Numbered from the stretch's first letter, positions 53,948 through 64,000 are shown. The stretch is DNA of 64,000 nucleotides from an uncultured bacterium (GCA_963801165.1 CAWDDT010000003.1:147350-211349); one strand, 5' to 3'. The notes: generated by a model from the letters alone, not told the origin. Program-made: numbers and translations.

Positions 53948-55261
53948 TCATCCCGTGATCTGAGCCCACACCTTGTCGACTTCGAGCATCGCAAGGTGGA
54001 ACGCGTCGCTCAACGCCTGATCGTCGATTCCGATGATGTGGGAGCGGTCCCAGTTGCCCTTCTCGTATTCCACCACCCCACGCAGCGTCTCACCCAGGAT
54101 CCCGCCGCCGGAAACGATGGCGTCGACGATCTCGGCATTGAGCGGAAGACGGCCCAGGGCCTGGGCTGCGGGAACGTCGAGTAACGCCTCGATCACCGAT
54201 AGCAGGCCGACGATGTAAAAGCGTTGCACGTCGTGCCGATCGAGATGGCGGGCGAGCATTTCGCACGTCCGGGCCCGGATCATCGCCGATCTGGTCAGCT
54301 CGGCCGGCTTGCCGTTGAGACCGGTCATGCTGAGTGCCCCTACCCACGAGACGATCTGCTTTGTGCCCACCACCACGACGGCCTCTTCGATCGACCCGAG
54401 TGGGCGCGACAGCGCATAGTGAGCCGAGTTCACGACTTTGAGGATGCGGTAGCTCAGGTTGACGTCACGTCGGATGACGTTGGCGATTTCGGAGATCGCG
54501 GCGTCGGGGTCCTGTAGCTTCGTTATCAGCTCGAGGGCTGCCAGCTGCCCTGCGGGTGCTTGACTCTTTCGGAAGCCGTCGGGGCGGCCAAGGAACGGTC
54601 CCTGGAAGCGGGTGACGCCGAGTCTGGTCGCGTCGCGGAGATCGTCATATGTCGCGACACCGTCGGCAATGAGCTCGACACCAGTGGTTTTGAGGAGGCC
54701 GATCTGCTTGGCAACGCCGGGCGTCGCCGTCCGTCCAACTTTGATCTTGACCGCATGAGCGTGTCGCAAGAGCTGATGCAGTTGCGGGTTGGTGGCCAGA
54801 TCCTCGAGCACGATCCGAATGCCCTGGGCGACGAGGCGCTCCACGGCGGCGACAGTCTCGGCCGACACGTCGACCCCTGCCCCCAGCATGAGCATGACTT
54901 CCTTGGGCCCGAGCGCCGGCGGGAGACCCGCGACGAGAGCCGGGGCTGCCATGTTCAATAGCACCGGCTTGCCGGCGCTGATGGCCAGGTCGACCTCGAC
55001 GCCCGAGTTGACCACGAGGCGGGGGGCTCCGTCGGCACCAGCGTCGGTGACGCTGACGCTGGCCATAGGGCCGCTGGCGAGGATAATCTCGTAGGCAACA
55101 ACCTCGAGCGCCTTGTTGAAGACGGGAGCACGAGTGATGGCAGCGCCGCGGGATGCGTCTATCTTGGCCGATATCTCAGCTAGCCGGCTGGTACCCGGTG
55201 TTGAGCCCTTGGCTCGTTTGCCACTGATTTTGAGTCGCGAGGCTGGCCGACCCCCGATCAT
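53948..55261 (-). CDS. Degenerate EAL plus HDOD domain protein (YuxH-like)
   Basis: APVFN..VVAYEII, FQGPFLGRP, DVNLSYRILKVVNSA, RARTCE, GLLSVIEALL. Confidence 0.82.
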   Translation of the reverse strand: MIGGRPASRLKISGKRAKGSTPGTSRLAEISAKIDASRGAAITRAPVFNKALEVVAYEIILASGPMASVSVTDAGADGAPRLVVNSGVEVDLAISAGKPVLLNMAAPALVAGLPPALGPKEVMLMLGAGVDVSAETVAAVERLVAQGIRIVLEDLATNPQLHQLLRHAHAVKIKVGRTATPGVAKQIGLLKTTGVELIADGVATYDDLRDATRLGVTRFQGPFLGRPDGFRKSQAPAGQLAALELITKLQDPDAAISEIANVIRRDVNLSYRILKVVNSAHYALSRPLGSIEEAVVVVGTKQIVSWVGALSMTGLNGKPAELTRSAMIRARTCEMLARHLDRHDVQRFYIVGLLSVIEALLDVPAAQALGRLPLNAEIVDAIVSGGGILGETLRGVVEYEKGNWDRSHIIGIDDQALSDAFHLAMLEVDKVWAQITG

Positions 55262-55432
55262 GATTTGCCTCTACCCGAGGCAAAGCTGATTCCGCGCACT
55301 CTCTTCCTCTCTAACCCGACCGCGTTCCGTCGCCGGACCAGGACCTTCCGACCCGTAACCGTCGGAAGCAAAGCGGTGTAATCAAGCGAATCTCGTGGAA
55401 GCGGCCCCGGCCCAAGCCGGGGTTTGTCGCAG

Positions 55433-56087
55433 CTATGGTCTCCCCGCATGCGGGGCGGGCGCTTGGACGGTGTAGACCACGCCGGTGCGGGGCTCTGGAT
55501 CCATTGCGGCGGGCCCCCGCCACTCGGCCGCGGTGATGTACAGGGTGCGCCCATCGGGGCCGCCGAGCATGCATGCGAAGCACCCGCGGTCGGCCTGCAC
55601 GGCATCGAGCACCTCGCCTCCCTCGAGGACCCGCACACAACAACGGTTGGGCACGTCTGCGTACCAGAGCGCTCCCTCTGCATCCAGGCAGATGCCGTCA
55701 GGAGTCCCCTCTCCGAGGTTTGCCCAAACCCGCCGACCGGAAAGTGTGCCGTCCGCGTTGATGTCGAAAGCGATGACCTCGTGGCCGTATGAATCTGCCA
55801 CCAGCAGGGTGTCGCCGTCCGGGGTTACCGCCATCCCGTTCGGGAACGCGATGTCCCCGGCCACCTCTCGTATCGAGCCATCCGGGGTGATCAGGCTCAC
55901 CCCACCGGCATCGATCGAAAACGGGAATGTCGCGAAAGGCAGACGGAGGACTACTTCAGCCGCACCGTTCGGGCTCACCGCGACGATCTCCTGCGCCGCC
56001 CAGTTGCACAACCAGAGCTTGCCGATTGTGCCAGCGCGGGGACTCACCAAAGGCCAGACCGGTGATGAGAGTGTCGAGCTTGTTCAT
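55433..56087 (-). pseudogene. SMP-30/gluconolactonase with a frameshift and an internal deletion
   Basis: ATG at 56087 with GAAAGGA RBS gives ...FGESPRWHN, then a frameshift near 56025. FPFSID joins directly to AGGVSLITPDG; FPNGM and PDGI are retained. Confidence 0.75.
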
Positions 56088-56157
56088 GTTCGTCCTTTCC
56101 CCTGTGTGATTTCGCGGCTACGATAACAGGAGTTGTTACTCTTAAAAGAGGAGCAAA

Positions 56158-56847
56158 ATGAGCGAAGAGCAATCAACCCGGCGGTACTACGACGACCCGT
56201 GCGGGATTGCTCGTGCCCTCAACCTGATAGGGGAACGGTGGGCAATCCTCGTCGTACGCGAGCTGATCCACGGACCAAAGAGGTTCGCCGAACTGGGTGC
56301 AGGGCTCGACGGTGTCAGCCCGAACGTGCTCACGCAGCGTCTCCGCGATCTCACGGCACGGGGTCTGGTGCGCCGGCGCCGGCTCGGGCCCCCGGTGAGC
56401 GCAGAGGTCTACGAGCTCACTTCTCTCGGAGAGGGGCTGGAGCCCGTACTGATGGCGTTGGCACACTGGGGCTCGCGGGCGACGCCCCCGGGCAGCGGAG
56501 AGCTGAGCGACGACGCATTCATTCTCGCCCTGCGCACGACGTTCTCGCCCGGCACGTCGTGCCCCCGTGGCGAATACGTATTGAGTATGCGCGACGACAC
56601 GTTCACGCTCGAGGTGGCCGACGGCGGGCTCACCAGCCGCCGGGGCGTCGGGGCGATGGCAATCGCCACGATCACCGCAGCCGTGCCGACGCTGCGTAAG
56701 ATCGTCTTCGGCGGGCAGGCTGCTACCGACGCTGTGGCCTCAGGCGCCGTGGCGATCGACGGTGACAACGACGCAGGTCTTGCGTTCCTCGGGTCGTTCG
56801 AGCGACCCACACTGATCACAGCGACAACGCGTTCAGATCTGACATAG
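56158..56847 (+). CDS. HxlR-family winged-helix regulator with SCP2-like C-terminus
   Basis: CGIARALNLIGERWAILVVREL..GPKRF...YELT..G. Confidence 0.9.
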   Translation: MSEEQSTRRYYDDPCGIARALNLIGERWAILVVRELIHGPKRFAELGAGLDGVSPNVLTQRLRDLTARGLVRRRRLGPPVSAEVYELTSLGEGLEPVLMALAHWGSRATPPGSGELSDDAFILALRTTFSPGTSCPRGEYVLSMRDDTFTLEVADGGLTSRRGVGAMAIATITAAVPTLRKIVFGGQAATDAVASGAVAIDGDNDAGLAFLGSFERPTLITATTRSDLT

Positions 56848-56869
56848 GCAACGAGCGAAGGAGCCCGCA

Positions 56870-57265
56870 ATGGCAGAAGAGAGAAATCACGAGTTCACCC
56901 AGGGTCTATATGGATGGATCACGCACACCGAATTGTCGAGCGGCGATCCGGTTGCGACACGCAATTGGTGCGAGAGCGTGCTGGGCTGGGACTTCCAGGA
57001 GCCTTTTCCGTCACCGGCGGGCCAGTACCACTTGTTCGCATACTCAGCCACCGGCGGCGGCGGGATACGCGGGACCGCGCCCGGTGAGATGCCGGGCTCG
57101 ACTCCGACGGTTCACGTCGCAGATACCCAGGCAGCGTTCGATGCCGCGCTCGCCGCTGGTGCCGAGTCGATCAGTCCACCGGAGAAGATCATGGACGGCG
57201 TCTGTGTTGCTCTGGTCAGGGCGCCGGGTGGCGTGCTGATCGGCTTCTCCGGGCCGACCGAATAG
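56870..57265 (+). CDS. VOC/glyoxalase-family protein
   Basis: WITHTEL...VLGWDF, GGGI, HVADT, APGGVLIG. Confidence 0.85.
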   Translation: MAEERNHEFTQGLYGWITHTELSSGDPVATRNWCESVLGWDFQEPFPSPAGQYHLFAYSATGGGGIRGTAPGEMPGSTPTVHVADTQAAFDAALAAGAESISPPEKIMDGVCVALVRAPGGVLIGFSGPTE

Positions 57266-57275
57266 CTCGCCGACC

Positions 57276-58292
57276 ATGACAACAGCCCTTCTGCTCCATG
57301 GCGCCGGCTCAACCGGGTGGTATTGGCATCGGGTGACGCCTCTGCTGGAGTCGGCGGGGCTCACGATTGTTGTGCCCGACCTTCCGGTCGACGATCCCGA
57401 CGCCGCGCTTGCCGATTACGTAGACGTCGCCGTTGCCGCAGTGTCGGATCGAGGAGACGACCCGGTGCTCGTTGTGGCCCAATCGATGGCCGGGCTAATC
57501 GCTCCCGTGATCGCCACGCGACGCCCGGTGGCCGCCATGATCCTGGTGGCGGCGATGATCCCGGTACCGGGCGAGACCGGCCACGACTGGTGGGCGGCCA
57601 CCGGCCACGCCGGGGCGCAGCACCAGTACCTCGCCTCGCTCGGGCTGGGCGAAGCCGACCCGTTCGACCCCGAGGTCGTGTTCATCCACGACCTTACCGC
57701 CGACCTGACGGCGGAGTCGCTCCATCACGTGCGCAACCAGTCGATGACACCGTTCGATCTGCCATCCCCGATCGATGCGTGGCCCGGGGTGCCTACCTTC
57801 GTGGTCGCCGCCCGCGACGACCGGTTCTTCCCCGTCGAGTTCATGAGACGACAGGCGAGAGAGCGGCTGGGTCTCGATCTCGACGTTGTGCCCGGTGGTC
57901 ACCTCGTCGCCCTCTCCCAACCCGACACGCTGGCGGAGCGACTGCTGTTCTATGCGACGCTCGCCTCGCCACCGATTTGGCACAGCCCACTGAACTCGCC
58001 CAACTGGGACCAGGGCGCCGATCTCGGCCTATCGCTTCGAGTTGGACGACAAGCCTCACGAGCAGGATCTGATCAACCAGTCCGCAGCCCGATTGCCCCT
58101 CCCCGACATGCCCGTCCTCGACCTCGGCTGCGGGCCGGGACACATATCCCACTACGTCGCGCAGTTCGGTTTGACGATTTGCGGCACGACCTCTCGGAAC
58201 CGACGATCGAACGCGTCCGGAGACTCAACCCAGACTCAGGCCCGGGCGTGGCGGTGGCTCTGGTCAAACGTTCCCCGGCGGGCCGGACATGA
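57276..58292 (+). CDS. Alpha/beta hydrolase reading into a decayed methyltransferase remnant
   Basis: LLHGAG, AQSMAG, DDRFFP and GGH motifs end near 57950; the rest of the ORF is not hydrolase-like. Confidence 0.75.
   Translation: MTTALLLHGAGSTGWYWHRVTPLLESAGLTIVVPDLPVDDPDAALADYVDVAVAAVSDRGDDPVLVVAQSMAGLIAPVIATRRPVAAMILVAAMIPVPGETGHDWWAATGHAGAQHQYLASLGLGEADPFDPEVVFIHDLTADLTAESLHHVRNQSMTPFDLPSPIDAWPGVPTFVVAARDDRFFPVEFMRRQARERLGLDLDVVPGGHLVALSQPDTLAERLLFYATLASPPIWHSPLNSPNWDQGADLGLSLRVGRQASRAGSDQPVRSPIAPPRHARPRPRLRAGTHIPLRRAVRFDDLRHDLSEPTIERVRRLNPDSGPGVAVALVKRSPAGRT
58030..58240 (+). pseudogene. Class I SAM-dependent methyltransferase N-terminal fragment
   Basis: ELDDKP...VLDLGCGPGH in one frame, DLSEPTIERVRRLNP in another; truncated. 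Confidence 0.65.
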
Positions 58293-58316
58293 ACGGGACG
58301 ACGTAGCGGTAGATCG

Positions 58317-59162
58317 CTACGAAGTGAAGCGCAGAAGCGGTGACAACAAGGACATGAAAGAGTTCGTGGGAAGAGAAGACTCTGGGCCACAGCCGGGGCC
58401 GTTGTAACGGGCTATCTCTTCACTCAGATGGCGGCGCTCAATCTCGGACGACTCATCGTCAAGCCATGCGGCCTCCCTCGCGATGCTGTCGGGGAGCAGA
58501 AAACAGCTCTCTCCATCGCGCCAGGAATAGGTAACGCCCTCCGTGTCTCTGCGCATAACCGCGTCATTCCAGGCTTCTCCACCGTAAAAGTGGATCGACT
58601 GCAGATAGGCATCCGTCAACTCGCCGACGCACGGGATGCAATTGATTCTTGCGCCTAGCACCCCCTCCAATACGTAGGGTGTAGTCGGAATTCTTCCTTG
58701 AAGTTCTCCCTTGAAGCGTGCCGAATTAATGAACGTGCCCCTGATGCCAAGTGACGACAGATGCGCGACCTGGGAACTTGTGAGCATGAACTCAGGCGGC
58801 AAGAAGTAGCCGACTACATTTTTGAATTCCCGCGCGATCGTCTGCATTCCCAGCGACAGATTGGTTCCGAATCCGCGCGTGGATCGCAGCAGGGCAATGT
58901 CGTGAGCGAACGGCCTAAGCGGCATTTCGAACACTTCTGTGTGCCTGTTTACGAGTTCGATTGCCTCCGGGTTGATGACGGCCATGTCGGCAATTGCGGA
59001 TCCGACAAAGCCAAGAACAACCTTCCGTTGCTTGCTGACGTACAGACCAAGCCAGCGGCAAAGTTGCGACTCCGCCCCTCCCTGGAGCATGCCCAGCCAG
59101 GTGGCGGCAGCCAGACACGATGCGTCCGCGTTGAAGTTGACGATATCAACAACGCGGGTCAT
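58317..59162 (-). CDS. GH57/polysaccharide-deacetylase-like barrel protein, probably truncated at the C-terminus
   Basis: INPEAIELV...PFAH...YFLPPEF resembles GH57 N-terminal motifs; last gene of the glycan cluster. Confidence 0.5.
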   Translation of the reverse strand: MTRVVDIVNFNADASCLAAATWLGMLQGGAESQLCRWLGLYVSKQRKVVLGFVGSAIADMAVINPEAIELVNRHTEVFEMPLRPFAHDIALLRSTRGFGTNLSLGMQTIAREFKNVVGYFLPPEFMLTSSQVAHLSSLGIRGTFINSARFKGELQGRIPTTPYVLEGVLGARINCIPCVGELTDAYLQSIHFYGGEAWNDAVMRRDTEGVTYSWRDGESCFLLPDSIAREAAWLDDESSEIERRHLSEEIARYNGPGCGPESSLPTNSFMSLLSPLLRFTS

Positions 59163-60215
59163 TGACGAATTGTCTCCCGGACGGATGGATCAGCCTCGAT
59201 CAGTGTGTCTAGAAGCGCCTGGCTGACAGGAATTCCGGACCTCGATCTTTCGTCGAAAGCGATCTTTTCCGGGTCGCCCGGCACCATTACCGACGCAGGG
59301 TTTCCGGGCATGCTTCGAATACCGTCTACCAGGTGTTGGAGACGTTCGGCGAATCGATCCAGCGCGACGAATCGCTTGATATCAATGGCCATGAAGAAAT
59401 GGCTGATTTTGCGTCTTGCTTCAATTGGGGACGTGAACATCGGTAACAATTCGTGCGCAACCGGCCCGTCGGCGAGCAGGCCGCACAACACTTCGACCAT
59501 CATGCCAAGCCCATACCCCTTGTAGCCACCGGCAGGACTCAGCGATGCCGCGGCATTGGCATCCCGGGTAGGCAGCCCGTCCTCGTCAAACGCCCAGCCT
59601 TCTTCAAGCTCGGCTCCGGCCACGCGACAATTCCTTACCTTGTTCCAGGACACCAGCGACGTCGCCATGTCCAGGCACAGGGGATCCTCGGTCTTTAGGG
59701 GCGCGGTGAAACAAACCGGATTTGTCCCAAACACCGGCTTGGAAGCGTTGAACGCTTTCACAAGCGCGTCGGCATTGGTGAATGAGAACCCGATACATCC
59801 GGCATTCGCGGCACGCAGAGCAAAGTATGCGGCCGCGCCGAAGTGCGTCGACTGTCCAACACTGACTGCCCCAACGCCTGACGCTTTGGCAAGTTCGACC
59901 GCCGCATCGATGGCCACAGCGCCAGCATGGTGCCCGAACCCGTCCATGGCGTCGAGCGTCGCGCTCGACGAACCGGTTTTCACGACGCTCAGGACCGGCT
60001 TCGCATTGACCCGACCGGATGCCACCGCCCTAAAGGTAATGGGGAAATAGCTGGATACCGTGCGAGTCGACGCCGCGAAGCGATGTCTGGATCAACGAAG
60101 CAACCACATGCTTGGACGATTCCGGATCGACTCCAGCCACCCCCATTCGGGCCAGCATGCGAACGCCCAGTTTCTTCGAGTCAAGCCGGAGCACTGATTT
60201 TCCTCCAGGCGCCAT
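59159..60215 (-). pseudogene. Ldh_2-family (malate/L-lactate/sulfolactate) dehydrogenase split by one extra base near 60033
   Basis: LRGVDSHG in the upstream frame; THFGAA, GTNP, LDMATS, GGYKGYGL and VPGDPE downstream. Removing one T from CTTTAGG restores HYLRAVASG. Confidence 0.8.
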
Positions 60216-61340
60216 CGGCGCCGAGGCTTTGGTTGACCGACTCGATGACCGCGGTCGAAACCAATGATTGCCGGAACGATGGACGGGTTTCGTCGAGCGA
60301 GGAAGGCGACACCTTACCAGCCTTCACATGGGCAACATCCTTCAGAAAGCGTTCGATGCTCCGGTAACCGTATCCCTGGAATGCCAAGCCGTCGCCCTCG
60401 CCAAGGACCATCGAAAAATGCGGATTCGGCGTTTCCAAGCCGGATGGGGCGCTGACCAGGCGGATTCCCCTGTCGGTCTGGTCGAGGTCGACCCGACCGC
60501 GACTTCCCACCAGGAAGTATCGTTGATCCGACAGTGCACTGCTGGAATTCGGGTCTATCCACCCGATTGCCAGCTGCGATACGAATTCACCCCGGTCAGC
60601 CGCATTCTCCCAAATGACGGTGGCGTGGACCGAATCCCACGTATCCACGCCCTTCTCCGCCAGGACTCCCTTCGATCCGACCGCGCTTACTCGCACTGGC
60701 TTGAAACCAGTCAGAAAGTAAATCAAGTCAATGTAGTGGACGCCGAGGTACTGGAAGATATTGGTCCTGTGGCTCCAGGCACGGAATACATCCAGTGGAA
60801 TTCCGATTCTCTGGCTGTAGGCCACTACCATGTAGCGCGGCGTTCCGATCGTTCCTTCACGGATCATTTTTCGAACGAGCAGATTCTGCTCGTCGTAACG
60901 CTTGTGGAACTCCACAGCGCCCAGCAATCCTCGCTCCGTTTGAAGCGTCAACAGTTCCCTCGCCTCGGCAAGCGTCGGCGTCAATGGCTTGACGACCAAG
61001 CAATGGATGCCCGCTCGCAGCAGCGCAGCCGTGGTCTCGAAATGCAGGTGATCCGGAACGCAAACGATCGCGCAGTCGAACTCTGATGGTCGCACCGATG
61101 CTTCAAGCGAAGTCGTAGTCTGGCGATACTCGACCCGCAAACCGCTGCCAAGCAGCCCGTTGATCCTTTGGCACGCTTCGACGACACCCGACGCCGACTC
61201 CGGCCTCGTCGCAGCTACGCTAACCGCGTCAACTCGATTGTTCCCGGGAATACTGCGCCAGGGCCGGGAGGATGGTCCCGATTCCGCTGGTCCCGCGACC
61301 CGTCACGTACATTCCCGCACCAACCACTCAGGATCTTCAT
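60181..61340 (-). pseudogene. Gfo/Idh/MocA oxidoreductase whose 5' end has two single-base insertions
   Basis: ATG at 61340 overlaps the neuA stop. MKILVVGAGMYVTGRG... is restored by removing bases near 61328 and 61241; VVKPL, FHKRYD and GVHYID lie downstream. Confidence 0.75.
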
Positions 61341-62044
61341 GCCGACCCCTCCATGAGAAGGCGGGCAAGCAAGAGATCCCGCGGGCCATCGATGTCGATG
61401 GCGTCGTCCGGCATCATGACATAGGGCAGCATTCGATCGCCGGTCATGGAATTCTTGCCCAGGATGGTCGACCGCCTCGTGACGTCAATGACGCAGTTGT
61501 AGTAGTACATTTTTGGCAAGTCCTGCCGTCGCAGCAAATAGGGTATCGGATGCTCGTGCTTGAATAACGGGTCGAGATACCCGTCGTTGCCAATACGGAA
61601 CATCCTGTATGGATGCTGGGACGGACTGCTGACGGAACGTACGGAGTCGGCCCGGGGATCAGATCGCAAAAGATCAATCGCTTCGTCAATCCAGGCGGGC
61701 TTGCGCAAGGGCGTGGTAGGTCTAAGGTGGAGAACGATCTCCGGGGCATAGCCCTCGTCCGAGGCAAGTCTCTCCAGCACATGCTGGAACACAGGCAAAT
61801 CAAGCACCTCGTCGCCCGCGAGCTCACGTGGGCGCCGGAATGGAACCTCTGCGCCGGCCGCCTTCGCGACCGTGGCGATTTCCTCGTCCTCGGTGGAAAC
61901 GATTATTCGGGATACATATCGAGAGGCTTGGGCATGAGCTATCGAATGTACCAGCAGAGGCTTCCCTGCAATCGGCGCCAGATTCTTCCTGGGGATCCCC
62001 TTGGAGCCACCGCGCGCCGGAATGACCGCAAGCACGTCCTTCAT
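61337..62044 (-). CDS. neuA: Acylneuraminate (nonulosonate) cytidylyltransferase family protein
   Basis: IPARGGSKGIPRKN, VSTED, LRPTTPLR, RRQDLP, IDID. Confidence 0.88.
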   Translation of the reverse strand: MKDVLAVIPARGGSKGIPRKNLAPIAGKPLLVHSIAHAQASRYVSRIIVSTEDEEIATVAKAAGAEVPFRRPRELAGDEVLDLPVFQHVLERLASDEGYAPEIVLHLRPTTPLRKPAWIDEAIDLLRSDPRADSVRSVSSPSQHPYRMFRIGNDGYLDPLFKHEHPIPYLLRRQDLPKMYYYNCVIDVTRRSTILGKNSMTGDRMLPYVMMPDDAIDIDGPRDLLLARLLMEGSA

Positions 62045-62793
62045 ACGATTGCTCCAACAGCGGAATGTTCATCCGCGACAGGCTTCCGGGCTTCGACATA
62101 AACCGACGTAATTATCCGACTTCGCAAGCTATTGTCGCGCAACAGGATCGGCTCGCGTCCTTCCCCGTAGCCGACCTTTTCTATATTCACGAACCCGGCT
62201 GCGTCAAGGACCACTTGCAGACTTTCAAAATCCCATGCAGATCGATGGCCGTATTCCTGAGTGACAAAACTGAGGGCCTGCATCATCGTCACCATCCGAC
62301 GGCCGCGCGGCTGCAGAACGTGCTTTTCCCATTCCTCGAACCACGCCATATCGCGATCAACATATCGATTTACGAAAATCGATACGTCGGGGACGATTAT
62401 CCGTATCCGGCCTCCGAATTTCAGTATTCGATGGCACTCCGCTATCATTCGCGACGCGTCAGCAAACGAGAGATGCTCCAACGTGTGTTCGGAGAAGATT
62501 CCGTCGATGCAGGCATCATCCACTAGCAACGGATAGCGTAAATCTGCGCCATAGATGCCTTTTCTTCCGAAGAAATCGACCGCTATGAACTGTCCTTTCG
62601 GTGTATCGGCAGCACCTAAATCTAGGTAATTCTGCTTGGCGACATCTACTGTCAGCCGCTTTGCAAATCGTCGCCCAATCGAAGACCGTACTTCGAAAGA
62701 GAGCTGCTCAATGGCGCGTGCAGGTAGAAGAGCCCGTGCTATTCCGGCCGGTATACGGAGCGCCCTCGTCACCAATTTATGAATTATTGCCAT
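62041..62793 (-). CDS. SAM-dependent methyltransferase domain protein
   Basis: YLDLGA, ADLRYPL, FSEHTLEHL, HRILKFGGRIRIIVPD. Start uncertain. Confidence 0.82.
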   Translation of the reverse strand: MAIIHKLVTRALRIPAGIARALLPARAIEQLSFEVRSSIGRRFAKRLTVDVAKQNYLDLGAADTPKGQFIAVDFFGRKGIYGADLRYPLLVDDACIDGIFSEHTLEHLSFADASRMIAECHRILKFGGRIRIIVPDVSIFVNRYVDRDMAWFEEWEKHVLQPRGRRMVTMMQALSFVTQEYGHRSAWDFESLQVVLDAAGFVNIEKVGYGEGREPILLRDNSLRSRIITSVYVEARKPVADEHSAVGAIV

Positions 62794-63070
62794 AATCCGC
62801 TCAGCCCCAAGATCTCGCAAGAAATACCCTTCAAGATCGCCAGAGAACAAGGCTGCGTCAGGCGACGGATCCACGGGGGATTGTTGTCGTGAGCCGCGAA
62901 CCGCTGCTGGTCGCAAGCGACCAGTCCTATTGTATACTTGCACGGGCCTCAGGGCGCAATGCCCACGAGTTCTGTGCTCCGAGTACGCCCCGCTAATGAG
63001 CTGAGAGTCAACACTTTCCGGTAAAAAAAAGTCAAACTCCGGCTGCCGATCTTCGAAAATCCCTGTAGTA

Positions 63071-63970
63071 CTACTTGCGCATCCGACTGATCAATGATCG
63101 TGCACCTTGCCAAAGGCGCAGTGGGAGGTTCAAGACGTGCTTACGCTCCTGCGCCTTGAGATAATTCAAGGTTTTAATCGCAGATATTGGATCCTCCCGG
63201 CAGCATGTGCCTAGGCCCGGAGCACCTCTGTCCTTGGCAAGCAAGCGGACCGATTCGTCCGCAGCAAGGACTTCGAAACCGCCCGCTTCAACGTATTGGC
63301 TAAGAGTTCGGCGAGTGAAGTTGAAGAGGTGCGCAATTTGCAGATAGCTCAGCAGATCGCCTTGATATGATACGTGATCGAGATTCAACAGGCCGGGAAC
63401 CTCTACGTACATTATTCCCGTGGGCGAAAGCGCGGTCTTCGCGGCAAGCAGGAATGCGCGAGGGTCGGGCAGATGCTCTAGCACGTGGGCGACGATGAGC
63501 AAGTCCGCCCGCATGCCCGAGGCGATGAACTCATCGAGTCCACCGGGGCGTACATCGAGATGCAATCGCTCGCGAGCAAATGCAGCACATCGCATGTCAG
63601 GCTCGAATCCGAGGCTCCGATACCCAGCGCGCGTGAATGGCACCAAATTGTAGCCTGGACCGCAACCCAGCTCGACCACGAGCCCTTCCCTTGGAATGTG
63701 CCCGTCGGTCCAGGCGCGAATCGATTCCCCCCGAGCGAAGCAGTCCTCTGTTTCCCTAAAGACTGCCTCCGAACTAGAAAGGCGCCAATACAGTCCTTGA
63801 TAGAACCTATCCAATGCGGCAGGAATCATCCGAGGCGACGCGTAGGAGAGCCCACAGCAAGCGCAAAGCACGGTATTGTGCTGAATGGACATCCGCTCTA
63901 CCGTAGCTAGCAGCCAAGACCGTCTCCTTGTGCCACAACCGGGACACTTGGCAAGCTCCTCGACTGCCAA
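63071..63970 (-). CDS. Class I SAM-dependent methyltransferase with N-terminal Cys cluster
   Basis: CPGC...CACCG, VELGCGPG, HVLEHLPDP, YVEVP, HLFNFT. Confidence 0.88.
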   Translation of the reverse strand: MAVEELAKCPGCGTRRRSWLLATVERMSIQHNTVLCACCGLSYASPRMIPAALDRFYQGLYWRLSSSEAVFRETEDCFARGESIRAWTDGHIPREGLVVELGCGPGYNLVPFTRAGYRSLGFEPDMRCAAFARERLHLDVRPGGLDEFIASGMRADLLIVAHVLEHLPDPRAFLLAAKTALSPTGIMYVEVPGLLNLDHVSYQGDLLSYLQIAHLFNFTRRTLSQYVEAGGFEVLAADESVRLLAKDRGAPGLGTCCREDPISAIKTLNYLKAQERKHVLNLPLRLWQGARSLISRMRK

Positions 63971-64000
63971 AGCACCGGAGGCGAGCGCATGCCGAAGCTC

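Noticed and set aside
1-64000. tRNA, rRNA, IS elements, prophage or integrase
   Set aside because: No such motifs were recognised by eye; tRNAscan, Infernal or ISEScan would be needed to exclude short or degenerate elements.

Overview
High-GC bacterial DNA, most likely Actinomycetota (the Thr-rich lipoprotein linkers and gene families suggest Acidimicrobiia; this is inference). I found no rRNA, tRNA, CRISPR array, transposase or integrase. The left part (1-11 kb) carries modABC, an ArsR-SRPBCC fusion, an SLC13 transporter, a YtrA-type GntR/ABC operon and a large membrane protein with hydrolase motifs. The centre (about 11-52.5 kb) is a large uncharacterised catabolic region. It contains a sugar ABC importer with a ROK kinase, DeoC, two Gfo/Idh/MocA oxidoreductases, a TIM-barrel isomerase/lyase and a URO-D-like protein. 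It also contains two three-subunit xanthine-dehydrogenase-family Mo enzymes, an MmsA/IolA dehydrogenase, TPP-dependent E1 alpha/beta without E2/E3, a Tm-1-like ATPase, a GntR/FCD regulator, an HPr-kinase-like P-loop protein, a cyclase-family amidohydrolase, a Zn-ADH and an LMW phosphatase. Two complementary, incomplete PEP-utilising enzymes stand out: one has a substrate domain and phospho-His domain but no ATP-grasp, the other has an ATP-grasp and phospho-His domain but no pyruvate-binding barrel. An 18-bp operator-like motif, T[AG]ATCGATTATCGA[AG]GAT, sits at the predicted promoters of four of these units, with a degenerate fifth copy, which suggests one regulon. This is the best candidate for an undescribed system. 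The right end (>58.3 kb) is a compositionally different surface-glycan cluster (NeuA-like enzyme, methyltransferases, Ldh_2, GH57-like protein). Several genes carry single-base frameshifts that may be sequencing errors. All calls come from motif recognition by eye; no database searches were run.
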